A DNA stretch of 64,000 nt from Haliotis rubra. Taxonomy: Eukaryota. Below, piece after piece: positions 62,802-64,000 of the stretch; within the stretch, counting starts at the first letter, position 1; each line of letters opens with the position of its first letter. Both the position numbers and the translations under genes were made by a program. The notes beneath the pieces are model-generated. The model ran no database searches and was not told where the DNA came from. It was given only the letters and a program-made list of their open reading frames with translations. Location: the NCBI RefSeq assembly GCF_003918875.1, contig NW_025765103.1:868001-932000 (forward strand), read 5' to 3'.

Positions 62802-64000
62802 GGGGTGAGAGGTGATCCAGGTTGGGGTGAAGGGCTATTGATGTAGGGGTGAGGGGTGATCCAGGTTGGGGTGAGGGGTTATTGATGTAGGGGTGAGGGG
62901 TGATCCAGGTTGGGGTGAGGGCTATTGATGTAGGGGTGAAGGGTGATACAGGTTGGGGTGAGGGTTATTGATGTAGGGTGAGGGGTGATCCAGGTTGGGG
63001 TGAGGGTTATTGATGTAGGGGTGAGGGGTGATCCAGGTTGGGGTGAGGGGCTATTGATGTAGGGGTGAAGGGTGATACAGGTTGGGGTGAGGGTTATTGA
63101 TGTAGGGGTGAGAGGTGATCCAGGTTGGGGTGAGGGGCTATTGATGTAGGGGTGAGGGTGATCCAGGTTGGGGTGAGGGAGCTATTGATGTAGGGGTGAA
63201 GGGTGGTACAGGTTGGGGTGAGGGGTTATTGATGTAGGGGTGAAGGATGATCCAGGTTGGGGTGAGGTGTGTTATTGATGTAGGGGTGAGGGGTGATCCA
63301 GGTTGGGGTGAGGGGCTATTGATGTAGGGATGAGGGGTGATCCAGGTTGGGGTGAGGGGTTATTGATGTAGGGGTGAGGGGTGATCCAGGTTGGGTCGAG
63401 GTTATTGATGTAGGAGTGAGGGGTGATCCAGGTTGGGGTGAGGGGTTATTGATGTAGGGGGTGAGGGTGATCCAGGTTGGGGTGAGGGGTTATTGATGTA
63501 GGGGTGAGGGGTGATCCAGGTTGGGGTGAGGGGTTATTGATGTAGGGGTGAGGGTGATCCAGGTTGGGGTGAGGGTTATTGATGTAGGGGTGAGGGTGAT
63601 CCAGGTTGGGGTGAGGGTTATTGATGTAGGGGTGAGGGTAGTCAGGTATTGATGTAGGGGTGAGGGAGGTGATCCAGGTTGGGGTGAGGGTTATTGATGT
63701 AGGGGTGAGGGGTGATCCAGGTTGGGGTGAGGGCTATTGATGTAGGGGTGAGGGGTGATCCAGGTTGGGGTGAGGGGTTATTGATGTAGGAGTGAGGGTG
63801 ATCCAGGTTGGGGTGAGGGGTTATTAATGTAGGGGTGATCCAGGTTGGGATCAGGGGTTATTGATGTAGGGGTGAGGAGTGATCCAGGTTGGGGTGAGGT
63901 TATTGATGTAGGGGTGAGGGGTGATCCAGGTTGGGGTGAGGGGTGATCCAGGTTGGGGGTGAGGGTTATTGATGTAGGAGTGAGGGGTGATCCAGGTTGG
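62802..64000. repeat. 44-bp (2x22) G-rich minisatellite, runs off the right edge
   Basis: Unit GGGGTGAGGGGTGATCCAGGTT-GGGGTGAGGGGTTATTGATGTA. Confidence 0.97.

Overview
This is eukaryotic, non-genic-looking DNA from a draft assembly with four N-gaps. The SINE families and their (ACTC)n tails resemble those I recall from gastropod molluscs (abalone-like); that assignment is from memory, not a search. I could not support any intact protein-coding gene, RNA gene or CRISPR array. All long ORFs in the ORF track are translations of tandem repeats or N-runs. About a third of the window (roughly 22 kb) is minisatellite or satellite arrays with 12, 21, 22, 25, 34, 41, 44, 46/49, about 50, 56 and 104 bp units; several abut each other and two show higher-order repeat structure. 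The rest holds more than 12 SINE copies of at least four kinds (several with target-site duplications), a decayed LINE reverse-transcriptase fragment, MULE-type TIR ends with a FLYWCH zinc-finger remnant, and a hairpin-bearing MITE. The best second-look candidates are: (i) a SINE family with no tRNA head whose copies start at nearly the same base with crossing (pseudoknot-like) stems, (ii) a 104-bp array with no stop codon in any + frame and a 5-unit higher-order repeat, and (iii) a well-spaced GC-box/CCAAT/TATA-like/Inr cluster at about 59.1-59.3 kb. None is proven to be a new system.
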